Position numbers and translations under genes: made by a program. 64,000 bases of DNA. Origin: Amphiscolops sp. MND2022 (taxonomy: Eukaryota). Every line of letters begins with the position of its first letter. The first letter of the stretch is position 1. The DNA lies in the NCBI GenBank assembly GCA_964187785.1, contig OZ076409.1:70558001-70622000 (forward strand), written 5' to 3'. Positions 24,643-38,900 of the stretch are shown one piece after another. Under the pieces are notes generated by a model, which was not told where the DNA came from, ran no database searches, and saw only the letters and a program-made list of their open reading frames with translations.

Positions 24643-26023
24643 GTGGCGGGGGTGCCTCATGCCCCTCAAAAAATCACGAGCGCGGGTAGGGTCCTGCGCG
24701 AGTTCAAGAAGTGAAACATCGATATTTCGAAGCAACACTTTTGGAAGCTATCTTTTTATTGAACCATACGATTTGAACCATTTTTTGCATGTGGCTTTGG
24801 AATCAGGTTATAAGAACTTTTTCCTGCTGACAGTTTAACCGGAAATCATTTGGTGTTGACTTTTGGCCAAAAAACCGGTTATAACGTCGAAAATCAACGT
24901 TATATCCGAATTGTCGTCGTAACTTTTTTCCAGGGCGTCCTAGCGATTTTTGTTGCTCCTACATTGCGTTGCAGCATGTGAAAATACATCTGCTGTGAAA
25001 TTTTGGTTGCAATCGGATCACCCCCCTCCGAGATTGAGGGGTACCCCCCTCCAATTTTACCCCCAAAATTTAGGAAAATGCCAATTTTGAGCATGAAGCT
25101 GTGGATTGAGCGTGTCCGCACCCTGCTGAAGGATTGTCGGGCGCATTAAGGTGAATCCGATGACATGTGTAGTTATCACCCCCAACCCCCCCTGGGACCG
25201 GAAATGACCCTTTTTTGTGTATTTTGACAGGAAGTTGTGGTTTTCAGTCGTAAGACGTTGTTTTATGTTCGCTTTACAGGGTATCAAAGTTGAAACACAG
25301 CATGAGAACAACTTAGTGACCACATTTTGGCCAGTCGGGGGTAACGTAATTACCGGAAATAGGGTCGAAACCCCCCAAAATTGATGTTTTTTGACCATTA
25401 TGACTCGTTTATTGATCACGTATAGGTCCGATAGGTCTCATTAACTATTGTCAAGATGAACAGCTGATCAATTAACGAAGTCTTAACGACGCTTTCAGAA
25501 ACCGGAAGTTACCCCCTCGACCGGAAGTGGTCCATTTTGACCGGAAATGGTGCGAAAAATAGATCAAAAACGTCTTTTTTGTTTAATTTCTGTATACTTC
25601 GTCAGATATTTTTGCATTTTTGAAGGTTGTGGTTGAAAGTAGGATTAAAAGACTGAATCGCTGCAGAATGATGATCACCTTTGTCACCCCCCGATAGCCT
25701 TCCAAGTTGACTTTGGGTCAAGCTTGAAGGCTATCTGTTATGAAAACAAAAAACAAAGCAGAACCCCCTGTCCCCGTGGTTGTTAAATTCTGCTTAGATC
25801 AGTTCAATGCAGAGAGTACTTTGGTTAAGGTAAACAAATAGCGTTACTTGTACGTTTCTTATAGTTGTTCACCCCCACCCGCCAAAATTTCATGCACCTC
25901 CCCCCTCAGTACAACGCCACATAGCGTTCCGACGCCCATAGTCTGTGGGCATGCCGAGGCATGCCCTTCGACGACGTATGCCAAATGAGCTTTTCCCGCA
26001 CTCTGGAGTGCGGTAGCAGCTAG
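24643..26023 (+). mobile_element. Family D unit (1381 bp)
   Basis: Bounded by CTAG|GTG joints, with 5' stem-loop, GATAGCC...GGCTATC hairpin (25693-25735) and 3' hairpin. Related to H. Confidence 0.8.
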
Positions 26024-27327
26024 GTGGCCACGACCATGGTTTCTTGCGTATCTTGTCGAATCTTTTGTCGTTGCCGGCCGGGGAGGGACCCGTTTGCCGG
26101 CGTGTGTAGTGTGGGGCCCCCATACCCAAAAAGTGGTATTTTTTTCAGAGATCTCAAAATCGGCCCGTCAGAATTGCCTGAAATTTGGCATGAGGCTCCC
26201 AATTGGGGAAAAAATAAGAAGTGTAGGAGGCGACTTGTTCGGGTAAATATTGTATGTTGACTTTTGGCCAAAATAGTGTTCCCCCCCAACATGGGCAAAA
26301 TCACATGAGATGTAAAAATATGATCACAACTTTTGAACCTTTGGATTTAGGGGTACGGTCGTGGACCACATTAAGCAAGAGCTTTGGTGAGCGGGTAGGA
26401 TAGATGGGTTTTGATCCCAGTACCTTCAACCACTTTTGAGAAATTAACGTTTCAAACAAACATCCGGGAGGTATATGTTGCCCCTGAAGGCAGGTTTTTC
26501 GCCATTTTCAATGTGAAGGAGTGGGTTTAGCGTAACGTGTGTGGGGTGCTTTTTTGTTGCCCGTGTGCGGAGCGTTCTATAGAGGTGCTGGTTGTTGAAA
26601 TTGGAAAAGCTGCTAAAAAGTTATACCTATACCCCCCCTACTGTCTCGGCAAATCAATTTTTTTTTCAACTTCAGGCCTCCCAAAGGTGAGAAACTTCCA
26701 CACAACTAGTATTGCAAGTGAATGCATGTGGAAATTACTCGGATAGACGAGAAAAATGAGCTATAGAACGACTCTGTAGCTTAATTTGACGTTGACTTAT
26801 GACATTTTGAGTGTGAGCTTGCTATGTGAGAAAAAAATTCAATATTGAAAATCGAAGCTAAGTCTCATCCAAAACTCATCGAAATACGTTCAATCCATCC
26901 CAAAGCGGATTAATTCCAGATATATAGTGCAGCAACACTATTCAAGACCATTTGACACAATTTTACTAGTTTTGACATTGTATTATTCATCCGAGAGCAC
27001 AAAACAGTTGGGTACATTCCATCTCCCTTTCGGGGGAGATGAGAATGTACCCGCTAAATGACACGCACCATGGCCTAATTTTTACCTTTATGCGACGTTT
27101 TCTAGGCTTTCGCGCAAGCCCACTAATATTTACACTGGTTTCTTTCTCTTTCACTCCAAACATTCCGTCCGTACTAACCACCTTACACACCACCAGCAGC
27201 TCAACGACACATCTGCAACGTCAACGCCACATACTCGCATCAACGCCCACCGTCCGTGGGCATGCCGAGGCATGCCCTTCGACGACGTATGCCCGTTGTC
27301 ACAACAGGGCGCCCCTACATTCTCTAG
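26024..27327 (+). mobile_element. Family E unit (1304 bp)
   Basis: Bounded by joints. The 3' ~330 bp are shared with family K unit 44444-45731. Confidence 0.8.
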
Positions 27328-29878
27328 GTGGCCGTGTCTTTTCGACGTGCTTTTGCATTGAGGAGTGGGTAGGGCCCCGCGACGACCTAGAAGAATTGGA
27401 TGCTCACCGAAACGTGCAGAATTCTACGAGATCTCATAGTTTGAGCCATACGATTTTTCTGAAATTTGGCATGTGGCCTGGAATTGGTGAGTAGGTAAAA
27501 CGTGTAGAAGGTAATTTTTCCCAAATTCCACTGTGAGAGGAGATATGGGCAAATAACGGACCCAAAAATGGCAAAAATGCACATTTTTCAACTTTGTCAG
27601 CCAATATCTCTTTTCCAGGTGCCCGTAGCGTTCCGCACGTGGACATCAATATTGCTCAGCGCTGTTGGAGGAGTGCGTGGACAAATTTTGGTTTAAATCG
27701 GACTAAAACTTGACGAGAAATTAACGGTTTTTTGGGCGTTTCCGGGGTAAATTTTTTAACGGTCCAGCTTATCTTTGCCATTTTTTCGAAAATGTACATG
27801 CCTAAAGGCCTCCCCCTGGCCGAATTTACTCCCAGCAAACCCATTTGGCCCTAAATACGGAGTTTCAGCGTTCCAGCATTCCGGGGCGGAAAGTTGTGGG
27901 ACTTGGAAAAATTTCAAAATTTTTTCAAAAATTTTTTTTCCCGTTTTCCGGGCCCCCAATGAAGGGGAACGACCCCCCAACCAGTATTTTGAGTGAATTC
28001 ATGTGGAAAGCCCATGTTTGGAGGAGAAAAATGCCGTTTAGCACATCTTTTTTATCTTAACTTGACATTGACTTATGACGTTTTGAATGTGATGTTAGGA
28101 TATATGAAGCATGTTAAAAGTTGAAGTTTTGAGTCTTTATCTCATCGGAAAACCATTGAGATACAAGCAGTTTTGCTAAAAACGATTTTCATTGTAGGTT
28201 AGCAGAGTATTAGTACACTTTGATGTCATTTGAGTATTTTTTTCTTCTATATAATAACTGTTTTTATGTATTTATTCCAATTTATCTCATCTTTTAACAT
28301 CAAGCAGTTGAGTACATTTCATCTCCCTTTCGGGGGAGATGAGAATGTACTCGCTAAAAACCTAATGCTATGGCGCCAATGTTTGGATGGGAAGTTTTCT
28401 ATGCTTTGAAAAAAGTTATTTTTAATTACTTGATTTTTTAAAACAATAATTAACATGAAGTACATTACTTGCTCCTACTACTACCACCATACATCTCTAA
28501 CGTCAACGCCCCCTGCTTGCATCAACGCCCCATCGTCCGTGGGCATGCCGAGGCATGCCCTTCGACGACGTATGCCAAATGCCCAGTGCCACGCAGTCTT
28601 TCCCCGCTAGGTGGCCGTGTCTTTTCGACGTGCTTTTGCATTGAGGAGTGGGTAGGGCCCCGCGACGACCTAGAAGAATTGGATGCTCACCGAAACGTGC
28701 AGAATTCTACGAGATCTCATAGTTTGAGCCATACGATTTTTCTGAAATTTGGCATGTGGCCTGGAATTGGTGAGTAGGTAAAACGTGTAGGAGGTGATTT
28801 TTCCCAAATTCCACTGTGAGACGAGATATGGGCAAATAACGGTCCCAAAAATGGCAAAAATGCACTTTTTTCAACTTTGTCAGCCCATATCTCGTTCCCA
28901 GGTGCCCGGAGCGGGACGCGTTAAGCTGATTATAAACTCTAGGGTGTTGAGGCTGTACGGGGAAGTCAGGCCCGTTCCGATCGGACTTGTAGTCTTGGAG
29001 AAATAACGGTATTTTTGGGGAACCTTTTCTAACGGTCCAGCTTATCTTTGCCATTTTTTCGAAAATGTACTCGCCTAAAGGCCTCCCCCTGGCCGAATTT
29101 ACTCCCAGCAAAACCATTTGGCCCTAAATACGGAGTTTCAGCGTTCCAGCATTCCCGGGCGAAAAGTTGTGGGACTTGGAAAATTTTCAAAAATTTTCAA
29201 AAATTTTTTTTTCGTTTTCCGGGCCCCCAATGAAGGGGAAACGACCCCCCAACCAGTATTTTGAGTGAATTCATGTGGAAAGCCCTTGTTTTGACGAGAA
29301 AAGTACCGTTTAGAACATCTTTTTATCTTGACTCAACGTTGACTTATGACGTTTTGAATGTGATGTAAGGATGTAGGAGGCATGTGATAAGTTGATGTTT
29401 TGAGTCTTTATCTCATATGAAAGCGGTTGAGATGCAAGCTGTCCTGCTCAAAACGTCTTTCGTTGTAATTTTCTAGTGCACCAATACCCTTTGGTGTCAT
29501 ATAAACATACTTTTCGTCGATATATTAACAATTTTAATGTATTTATTCCAATTTTTATTATCTTTTAACTCAAAACAGTTGAGTACATTTCATCTCCCTT
29601 TCGGGGGAGATGAGAATGTACTCGCTAAAGACCTAGCGCCATGACCAAAAGTTTGAAACCCACGTTTTTTATCTTCTTACAGACTTGTTTTTGTATTTTT
29701 TCGGAATTTTTTAAAAATTAATATACTTGAAATACATTACTTGACTTTACTACTACAATCCACCTCCAACGTCAACGCCCCCTTGCTTGCATCAACGCCC
29801 ACCGTCCGTGGGCATGCCGAGGCATGCCCTTCGACGACGTATGCCAAATGCCCAGTGCCACGCAGTCATTATCGCTAG
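27328..29878 (+). mobile_element. Two family F units (1283 and 1268 bp; joint at 28610/28611)
   Basis: Both start GTGGCCGTGTCTTTTCGACG. The second is nearly identical to 49676-50943. Confidence 0.85.
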
Positions 29879-32454
29879 GTGCCGGGATTTCTATTCGATA
29901 AAGTATGTGGCGCGCCTTGGGTAGGGTCCCTTGCGCGCTTTTGGGTATGGTGTTCACCAGCTAGGAAATAGGGGTCGATTTTTCGGGATCTCCTAAACTA
30001 GCCACACGATTTGGCTGAAATTTGGCACACGTACTCCCCTCGGCACGGTGAAGATGATTTCCTACTGACGTTTTTCCCGCAAAATTTTTTTTGTTGTCCA
30101 AAATAACGGTTTTTGGGGTAAAATTTTGAATTTTTTTTAAATTTCATCTTATATCTCGCCACCGGTTTACGCTAGCGCTTCAAAACCCTGCTAAAGAAAG
30201 CTTGCAAACTGTCTCAGGAATGCGGTGTGAAATTTTCAGCTCAATCGGACTTAAACTCGGGGAGATATAGCGTTTTTCCGGAGCGGGGGGGTTTCATTTT
30301 TCTAACGGTCCAGCTTATCTTAGCCATTTTTTCGAAAATGTACTCGCCTAAAGACCTCCCCTGGCCGGTTTTATTCCCAGCAAAACCATTTGGCCCTAAA
30401 TACGGAGTTTCAGCGTTCCAGCATTCCCGGGCGAAAAGTTGTGGGACTTAGAAAATTTCAAAAATTTTCAAAAAATTTTTTTTCCGTTTTCCGCCCTCCC
30501 CCCCGAGGGGAAAAGACCCCCCAACCAGTAATTTGAGTGAATTCATGTGGAAAGGCCATGTTTAGAGGAGAAAAATCCCGTTTAAATCGTCTTTTTATCT
30601 TTATTCAACGTTGACTTATGACGTTTTGAAGGTGATGTTTGGAAGGTGTGAAGCACGTGAAAAGTAAACGTTATGAGTATTTATCTGATCTGAAAGCCAT
30701 TGAGATGCAATCTGTTTTGCTCAAAACGTAATTCATATCCGTTTGGTAGTCAATCAACACCCTTTGTTGTCATTTGACATCTTTTTTTGTTGATATAAGA
30801 AAAAATTTTGTGTATTTATTCATTTTTTTCTCATCAAATAACTTGAAACAGTTGAGTACATTCCATCCCCCCTTCACGGGGGAGATGAGAATGTACTCGC
30901 AAAAAGCCCCAAACTACGGCCCTTACCTTCCTGAGCTACGCAGTATAAAGATTGCATATTGGTTCCGACATTTTGATAGAGTTATATCTTGGTAATCTGT
31001 CTGGGTATGCAGAAAAACCAGCACGTGCTTTTTTATACCAAGTTGCTCACAACGACATTTATTTTATATCAACGCCCCCATATTTATCAACGCCCACCGT
31101 CCGTGGGCATGCCGAGGCATGCCCTTCGACGACGTATACCAAGATATGTTCGAGCGCGTTAGCCTAGGTGCCGGGATTTCTATTCGATAAAGTATGTGGC
31201 GCGCCTTGGGTAGGGTCCCTTGCGCGCTCTTGGGTATGGTGTTCACCAGCTAGGAAATAGGGGTCGATTTTTCGGGATCTCCTAAACTAGCCACACGATT
31301 TGGCTGAAATTTGGCACACGTACTCCCCTCGGCATGGTGAAGATGATTTCCTACTAGCGTTTTGCTCGCAAAATTTTTTTTGTTGTCCAAAATAACGGTT
31401 TTTGGGGTAAAATTTTGAACTTTTTTTAAATTTCATCTTATATCTCCCCACGGGTTTACGCTAGCGCTTCAAAACCCTGCTAAAGAAAGCTTGCAAACTG
31501 TCTCAGGAATGCGGTGTGAAATTTTCAGCTCAATCGGACTTGAACTCAGGGAGATATAGCGTTTTTCCGGAGCGGGGGGGTTTCATTTTTCTAACGGTCC
31601 AGCTTATCTTTGCCATTTTTTCAAAAATGCACTCGCCTAAAGGCCTCCCCTGGCCGGTTTTATTCCCAGCAAAACCATTTGGCCCTAAATACGGAGTTTC
31701 AGCGTTCCAGCATTCCCGGGCGAAAAGTTGTGGGACTTAGAAAATTTCAAAAATTTTCAAAAAATTTTTTTTCCGTTATTTGGGCCCCCAAAGTGGGGGA
31801 AAAGACCCCCCAACCAGTAAAGCAAGTGAATGCATGTGCAAAGCCCTTGTTTAGAGGAGAAAAATGCCGTTTAGAACGTCTTTTTATCTTGGCTCAACGT
31901 TGACTTATGACGTTTTGAAGGTGATGTTTGGAGGTGTAAAGCACGTGAATAGTAAACGTTATGAGTATTTATCTGATCTGAAAGCCATTGAGATGCAATA
32001 TGGTTTGCTCAAAACGTAATTCATGGCAGTTTGGCAATCAATCAACACCCTTTGTTGTCGTTTGACATACTTTTTTGTTGTTATAATAAAAAATTTTGTG
32101 TATTTATTCATTTTTTTCTCATCAAATAACTTGAAACAGTTGAGTACATTCCATCCCCCCTTCCGGGGGAGATGAGAATGTACTCGCAAAAAGCACCGAA
32201 CTACGGCCCTTACCTTCCCGAGCTACGCAGTATAAGGATTACATATTGGTTCCGACATTTTCATAGAGTTAAATCTTGGTAATCTGTCTGGATATGCAGA
32301 AAAATCAGCACGTGCCTTTTAATACCAAATTGCTTACAACGACAATTATTTTTTATCAACGCCCCCATATTTATCAACGCCCCCCGTCCGTGGGCATGCC
32401 GAGGCATGCCCTTCGACGACGTATACCAAGATATGCGTTAACGCGTTAGCCTAG
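29879..32454 (+). mobile_element. Two family B units (1289 and 1287 bp; joint at 31167/31168)
   Basis: Align end to end with 10672-11960. Confidence 0.87.
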
Positions 32455-34518
32455 GTGGTCACGAGTATACTCTACCAGAATATTTGCGAGGTGGGGGAGG
32501 GGCCCCGAGTCCGAGCCTCCTGTCAGATATCTATCTAGAGTGAGGGGTCCAGAAAAACAGCGATTTTGGAATTGAGCCATACGATTTGAATGAAACTTTG
32601 TGTGTAGGTAGATCTCAAAATTATAAGAACTTTTTCCCCCTGGCAAAACATGGTTGGAACATTGTGTCGGAAATTATGAACAAATGATCGGTTTTTTCAC
32701 CTATTTTCGGCATATTTACACCTCGGTACAACCAGCCTGTGGATACAATTGGCTGAAACTTTGCATGCGAGGCATAAATGAAGAAAAGTGTTTGCATGTC
32801 AAAAATCATTAGGCTGCTGATACTAGGCTGGGAGATAAAAGTGGAAATATAAACGGAAAATTGTGAAAAACCCGGTCATTGCGTCATAACTTCCGAACTT
32901 TTGTATTGATTGTGTTTACTTCAGCGGTAGCAGTACTTTGGAGGTACTTTCATCATCATGTGGTCAGGATAAAAAATAAAAAATAAAAAAGTTCTTCAAA
33001 AGTTCTACAAAATTCTAAAATTCAAGAATTTTTAAAAAAAAAAGATTTTCTCATTTTTCGATGCTTTTTCACATTTTGAGCACGAAAATGACGTAGCCCT
33101 GCACTTACGATCACTACTTGAAGGATTTTCACATACCTCTTCCTCAATGTGTGGCCACTTTACAGAACTAATTGTTCTTTTGTTAGAAGTCCCGCCGTTG
33201 TTTGCGGAAAAAAGTTCGAGAAACAAATTATCCGTTGTTCCTGAGAAATGCGAAGCAGTTCGCAGGAACAACGGATAGAATTAACAAAGTACCCGGGTGG
33301 TTGGAATGAGAGATATGTAATCATCTGATAACTGATGAAAAACAGAGTTTTTCATCAGTTGAAAAGACGAAAAACGTTTCCATGGATGTTACCTAAAGTA
33401 AACAGTACTAGTAACATGTTGTAAAATATAGTTCCACGGAAGCCACCCACCCATTCTGGTAATTAGTTTCCTTGCCTCCACTGGGTGGTCACGGGTATAC
33501 CCTACCACAATATTTGCGAGGTGGGGGAGGGGCCCCGAGTCCGAGCCGTGCTGTCAGATTTCTATCTAGGCTGGAAGGGCCATAAAAACAGCGATTTTGG
33601 AATTGAGCCATACGATTTGAATGAAATTTTGTGTGTGGGTAGATTTTAAAATTATAAGAACTTTTTCTCCCTGGCAAAACATGGTTGCAACACTGTGTTG
33701 GAAGTTATGAACAAATGATCGGTTTTTTCACCTATTTTCGGCATATTTACACCTCGGTACAACCAGCCTGTGGATACAACTGGCTGAAACTTTGCATGCG
33801 AGGCATAAATGAAGTGAAGTGTTTGCATGTCAAAAATCATTAGGCTGGTGACACTAGGCTGAGAGATAGAAGTGGAAAAATAAGTGGAAAATTGTGAATT
33901 CTCCGGTCATTGCGTCATAACTTCCGAACTTTTGTATTGATGATGTTTCCTTCAGCGGTAGCAGTACTTTGGAGATGGTTTCATCATCACGTAGTGAGGA
34001 TAAAAAATAAAAAATAAAAAAGTTCTTCAAAAGTTCTACAAAAATTCTAAAATTTAAGAATTTTTCAAAAAAAAAAGATTTTCTCATTTTTCGATGCTTT
34101 TTCACATTTTGAGCACGAAAATGACGTAGCCCTGCACTTACGATCACTATTTGAAGGATTTTCACATACCTCTTCCTCAATGTGTGGCCACTGTACAGAA
34201 CTAATTGTTCTTTTGTTAGAAGTCCCGCCATTGTTTGCGGAAAAAGGTTCAAGAAACAACTTCTCCGTTGTTCCTGAGAAATGCGAAGCAGTTCGCAGGA
34301 ACAACGGATAGAAATAACGAAGTACCCGGGTGGTTGGAATGAGAGATATGTAATCAGTCGTTAAACTGATGAAAAACAGAGTTTTTCATCAGTTGAAAAG
34401 ACGAAAAACGTTTCCATGGATGTCACTCAAAGTGAACAGTACTGGAAGCGTATTTTAAAATTTAATTCGACAGAAGCCGCCCGCCCACTCTGGTAATTAG
34501 TTTCCTTGCCTCCACTGG
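32455..34518 (+). mobile_element. Two family G units (1030 and 1034 bp; CTGG ends; joint at 33484/33485)
   Basis: Both start GTGGTCACG and end CCTCCACTGG. They lack the GGGCATGCC hairpin but carry a perfect 14-bp stem (33330-33360). Confidence 0.82.
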
Positions 34519-35915
34519 GTGGTCGGGTATTTTTTTTTTACTCGTATATGACGTTTGCGAGGCTTTGGGGAGGGCCCCGTGCCGAGCCTGTACCGAAATT
34601 GGCCACATGTAGAAATCTGGCACTAAAATGCGAGATCTCAAAAAGTAGCCGTTAGAAATTTCTGAAAATTTGCATGTGGCTCTGAATCAATGAGTAATGA
34701 AAAAGTGTAGAAGTGACCACCTCTGAAAAAATGGTCCTTGTTGCACTTTTTGCGCAATTTCTGTCGCATTGTTGCGTTTTTTATGTCATTTTCGAATTTG
34801 GAGGCAAAAAACTCATAGATGCTTTATTCCTAGCGTACCAAGTGTGGAGCATGAAAAGTTGCAGCATCTTCAATAACGTATGCTGAGAAAATTTGGTTGC
34901 CCTGTGGTTACCCCCCACAGAGATAGAGGGGTGCTTCCGGTTACTTTTGACCCGCTAAATTTGGGAAACTGCTAATTTTCGTAAAGAAGCCGTAGATTTA
35001 GCGTGTCCACACCCTGCTGAAGTATTGTTAGGCATTTTAAGATAGATCCGATTACATGCGTTCAGTTCACCCCCCATCACCCCCTGGACCAGAAATGAAT
35101 ATTTTTGTGTACTTTAAGACCGGAAGTCTCCATTTTCACCGGTAAGGAGTCCTTGTACGAGCAACTAGCAAGACATCAAAATTGAAGGAAAACCTGGGGT
35201 CAACTTAGTGACCACGTGTTGTCCAGTCATGGGTTCCGCTAAGACCGGAAATAGGGTCAAAACCCCCCTTTTGGTCGTTTTTTTATCAGTTTGACCAGAG
35301 TTTTTTCCACGTTCAAGTCGCAATGCACATCAAACAGTGTGAACATAAACTACATATTTATTGAGTAGACGTACCTGACACTGCCATATACCGGAAGTAA
35401 CCCCCCTGACCGGAAGTTGTCAATTTTGACCAGAAATGGTCCAAAAAGTAGCGATAAATCAGTTTCTCACTGGTTTTTAAGGTCAAGTTTTTACTTTTTT
35501 TCTTTCTTATTGTTTTTTTTTCCTACTGAAAAATATACTTTGTAGCTTGTTTGGCTAAAGTTCTGGAAAGGGATCACCTTTATCACCCCCGATAGCCTTC
35601 CAAGTTGACCTTGGGTCAATCTTGAAGGCTATCAGTTCAGAAAACGAAAAATTGTGGAAATTGGGTTTCTCCTTTTTGTTGTAATTTTTTCCATAAAGTC
35701 AATATGTTAAATAAAGCTTTTGTTCACCTGAGTGATCTGAAACTTGTCCAGAGGTGTCACACACACGAATACCATTTCAAGTTGAAGTAAACATATGAGG
35801 GTAGTATTAGACAACATCACACACAATTACCAACGCCCACCGTCCGTGGGCATGCCGAGGCATGCCCTTCGACGACGTATGCCAAATAGCGCCACAGGGC
35901 GCCCCTATTTGCTAG
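34519..35915 (+). mobile_element. Family H unit (1397 bp), diverged relative of D
   Basis: Shares GCGTGTCC(A/G)CACCCTGCTGAAG and GATCACCTTT(A/G)TCACCCCC..GATAGCCTTCCAAGTTGAC blocks with D. Standard 3' hairpin + CTAG. Confidence 0.8.
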
Positions 35916-38900
35916 GTGGTCAGTGCTGTTGCGTTCATTTTTTTCCGGCCGTGGGGGAGGGCCCCTCTGAGGCCGGTCATTTTTCAGGTAACAGCTTTCT
36001 TATACAAAAAAGCGGGAAAAAACCTCAGTGCTCAAATCCCAACCGTCAGAATGAGCTGAAATTTGGCATGTAGCTAGTACATTGCAAATGATTAGGATGG
36101 GTTATAACGCTATGTTTGGCAAAATTGGTTTTGTTGCATTTTTTTTGTCATATAGGGCCAAAAATGGCCTTTTTTGCGTATTTTTTGCTTGACTAGCTAA
36201 TAACTCGCGTTGGGTTGGTACTAGCGATACGGGTGTGGGGTATGGAATTGAAAGATTACCAAGTACCTTGCTGATGACGTTATTTGATTTCCGCTCACAT
36301 CACCGCCCACGCCGGAAATGCCCAATTTGTCACTTCCGGTCGCAATTTTTGACTTTTTTGGATGGAGTTAAAACCCATTTCCGGTGTGAAGGAGTGGGTT
36401 GAGCGCTTCGACCCCAATATACTAAAAGTAGGTTTAGACAAAGTCCTATTAGGAAAAAAGTAATGTAAGCCCGTACCTATCACCCCCTCACCGGAAATAG
36501 GGGTCACGCCTCCTTTTTCTGTGTTGCAAAAGTGACATGTGCACATTTGTCCAACTCCGAAGCCCCGGAGCACCGTGGGACCCTTATACTTTCTAAACAC
36601 CTATCCCACACGCTACCGGAAGTGACCGGAAGTTTCACCGGAAATGACATCCTTGGACCGGAAATGGTCAAAAAATGACTTTTCAATGCAAAATAGACAC
36701 ATTTGGTGCGATTTTTAGGCAAAAAGCATAGTTCGTGAAACGCTTGTTGCAGTTGGAAGGGCCATTGTTCAGCAAGAATGCGTACAGCATTACGTAGCAC
36801 ATCAAGTAGTTGATACTTTTTCGTCCATAATATCCTTAGGACCGGAAATGGCCATTTTTGAATCGGAAACTTCTTCAGCTTGATTTTTAACAGGTTTTTC
36901 CGCAATATTAGCGTAGGAATTGCTCGTCGGATGCTGTAGGTCTATTTTAAAACTAGCTAACTGCTTCTTAGAAATGTATTTCAGATTTCAGAAGTCCCAA
37001 CCAATTCCAGAATACCGGAAATAAGAGTAATTGCCTCCTTTATGACCTTTGAATAATAAATTGTTAAAATCCGCATATTATTTTTTTCCACACTTGTTGC
37101 TGAGATTATATCTAAGCAATAACATGTGCTTGTCATGAAGTGCTGTAATGTGGGAGTTACGAATATTGCTATTTAAGAGTATTACATACGTGAATATCCG
37201 CCGTAATAAAGATTTTTTAAAACAACCACTTTTGAAGTCCTATAGATTGTCCGCACACCCGAAACAATTCAAGTTTCTAGTTTCGATTTTAAGGCTTCCG
37301 CGACTATTTAGTTGAGATGATAGTTTTCACGTTCTCTGCAAAACGTGCATTTCATTGTGTTTTTGACATTTATTGGGCTGTTTCACATTGTAATTCAAAA
37401 CTAATTGATCATACAATTTGGAACAATTGAAAATTTTCAATTGAACATTAAATGTTTTAATAGTTTCTCTTTCGTTGAAGATACTATTTTGTGGCCATTA
37501 GAACAGGTTGAATTAGTTGAATAAGTAGCCAGTGCGATACATCGTTTAATACATAGCGTTTGACATCGGTTTTTTTGCGAACAAAGACAAGCATGATTTG
37601 TTGAAAGTTTTTACCATATCGCTTCAAATGGGGTGTGACAAACAAGGAATTTCTCGTTTTATGTGCTACTCCGAAAGCAACCTGAAAACGCAAATCGATC
37701 TATTGAATTATCGAGATGAAACTAAGCATTTCAAGTCTGGATTTCAATTTAATTCTATCACTCCGGTCTATTTTTATGTCGCAAGAGTGATAAAGCGTGT
37801 TAGCAAGGTTAAACACATCGAACAATTTTAATAATAAAGCCTCCGGAAAGGGAAGAAAAAATGAGTTTTCCTGTCAAAACTATGATAACCACGTACGAAA
37901 CATCAAGTTTTTGTATTGTTCAATAGTCCAAAACGTGAATGAAGTTTTTAAATATCCAAGCGTTTCTAATCAAGCATGCGTTTCAAATGTCTGACAGGGC
38001 AGCATCGTTCTCAAAAAACATTGCTTTCAATGTGGTTTGATACCAGCAAAACGAACGTAGGCACAACCAGATTCTCAAATTTCTTGCAAAACAGCCGATT
38101 TCTTTGAAAATCCTAATTGATTTCACAGGGTATATGGTGAAACCCTGTTGGATTCCAAAAATGAAAAGCTGATTTCTTGGGTTTGCGAGATAAAAGACAA
38201 CGGGAATCTGAAAGCAAGTCATCTCAATAAAATACCTGTTGCTCTTTAAACAAATGGACTTTAGTAGTCGAAATTTTTTCTCAGACACTTTCGATCAGAG
38301 AATGTTTGAGTCCTAACGTTCGAATCAGGTTGGTTTCAGGTGGCTCGAAGTGCCAGCTGAACCAACCTTTCAAATAAAGAAAAACCCCACATCTCCCTTC
38401 ATGCCACGCTACCCCGTATAGCGTTTCAACTTGACAGAAGTTGGAACGTTTGATTTTGGCGTCGCTTGGGATTGACACACCAGTGTTGATACTAAATTTG
38501 GCAAAGAGAAATCGCAGAAATGATTGTTTCTTTTTTTCCCTTTGATTTAGTCTGTCGAGCGTACAAAGCAGTTTGGGAAACTAACTTGCATTTCCACTGA
38601 ACGAAAAAAAGTAGTAGCCTTGCAAACTCCTGGAAGAAATTGAATCAGGTTTTCCTATTTGTGAGATCAGCTGTCACTCAATTATCAATTACTTTTTTAA
38701 AAATTTTTAGGAACAACTAACCTAACTCTGCTCGACTCTCTTGAATAATGCAACAATCGTTTACTGATCTGTACTCGTGAGAAAAAAATCAACTGCAGGT
38801 CCAAAAACAATCTATATATCTTTGGTTTATTCCGTGCAAAGCTTTTTTTCACACCATGTGACTCAACTATAACATGTATGTAATGAAACCAATAACACCT

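Noticed and set aside
33330..33375. Hammerhead ribozyme (CTGATGA...GAAA) in family G
   Set aside because: CTGATGA is sequestered in a perfect 14-bp stem, GAAA does not directly follow a stem II, and I found no stems I/III.
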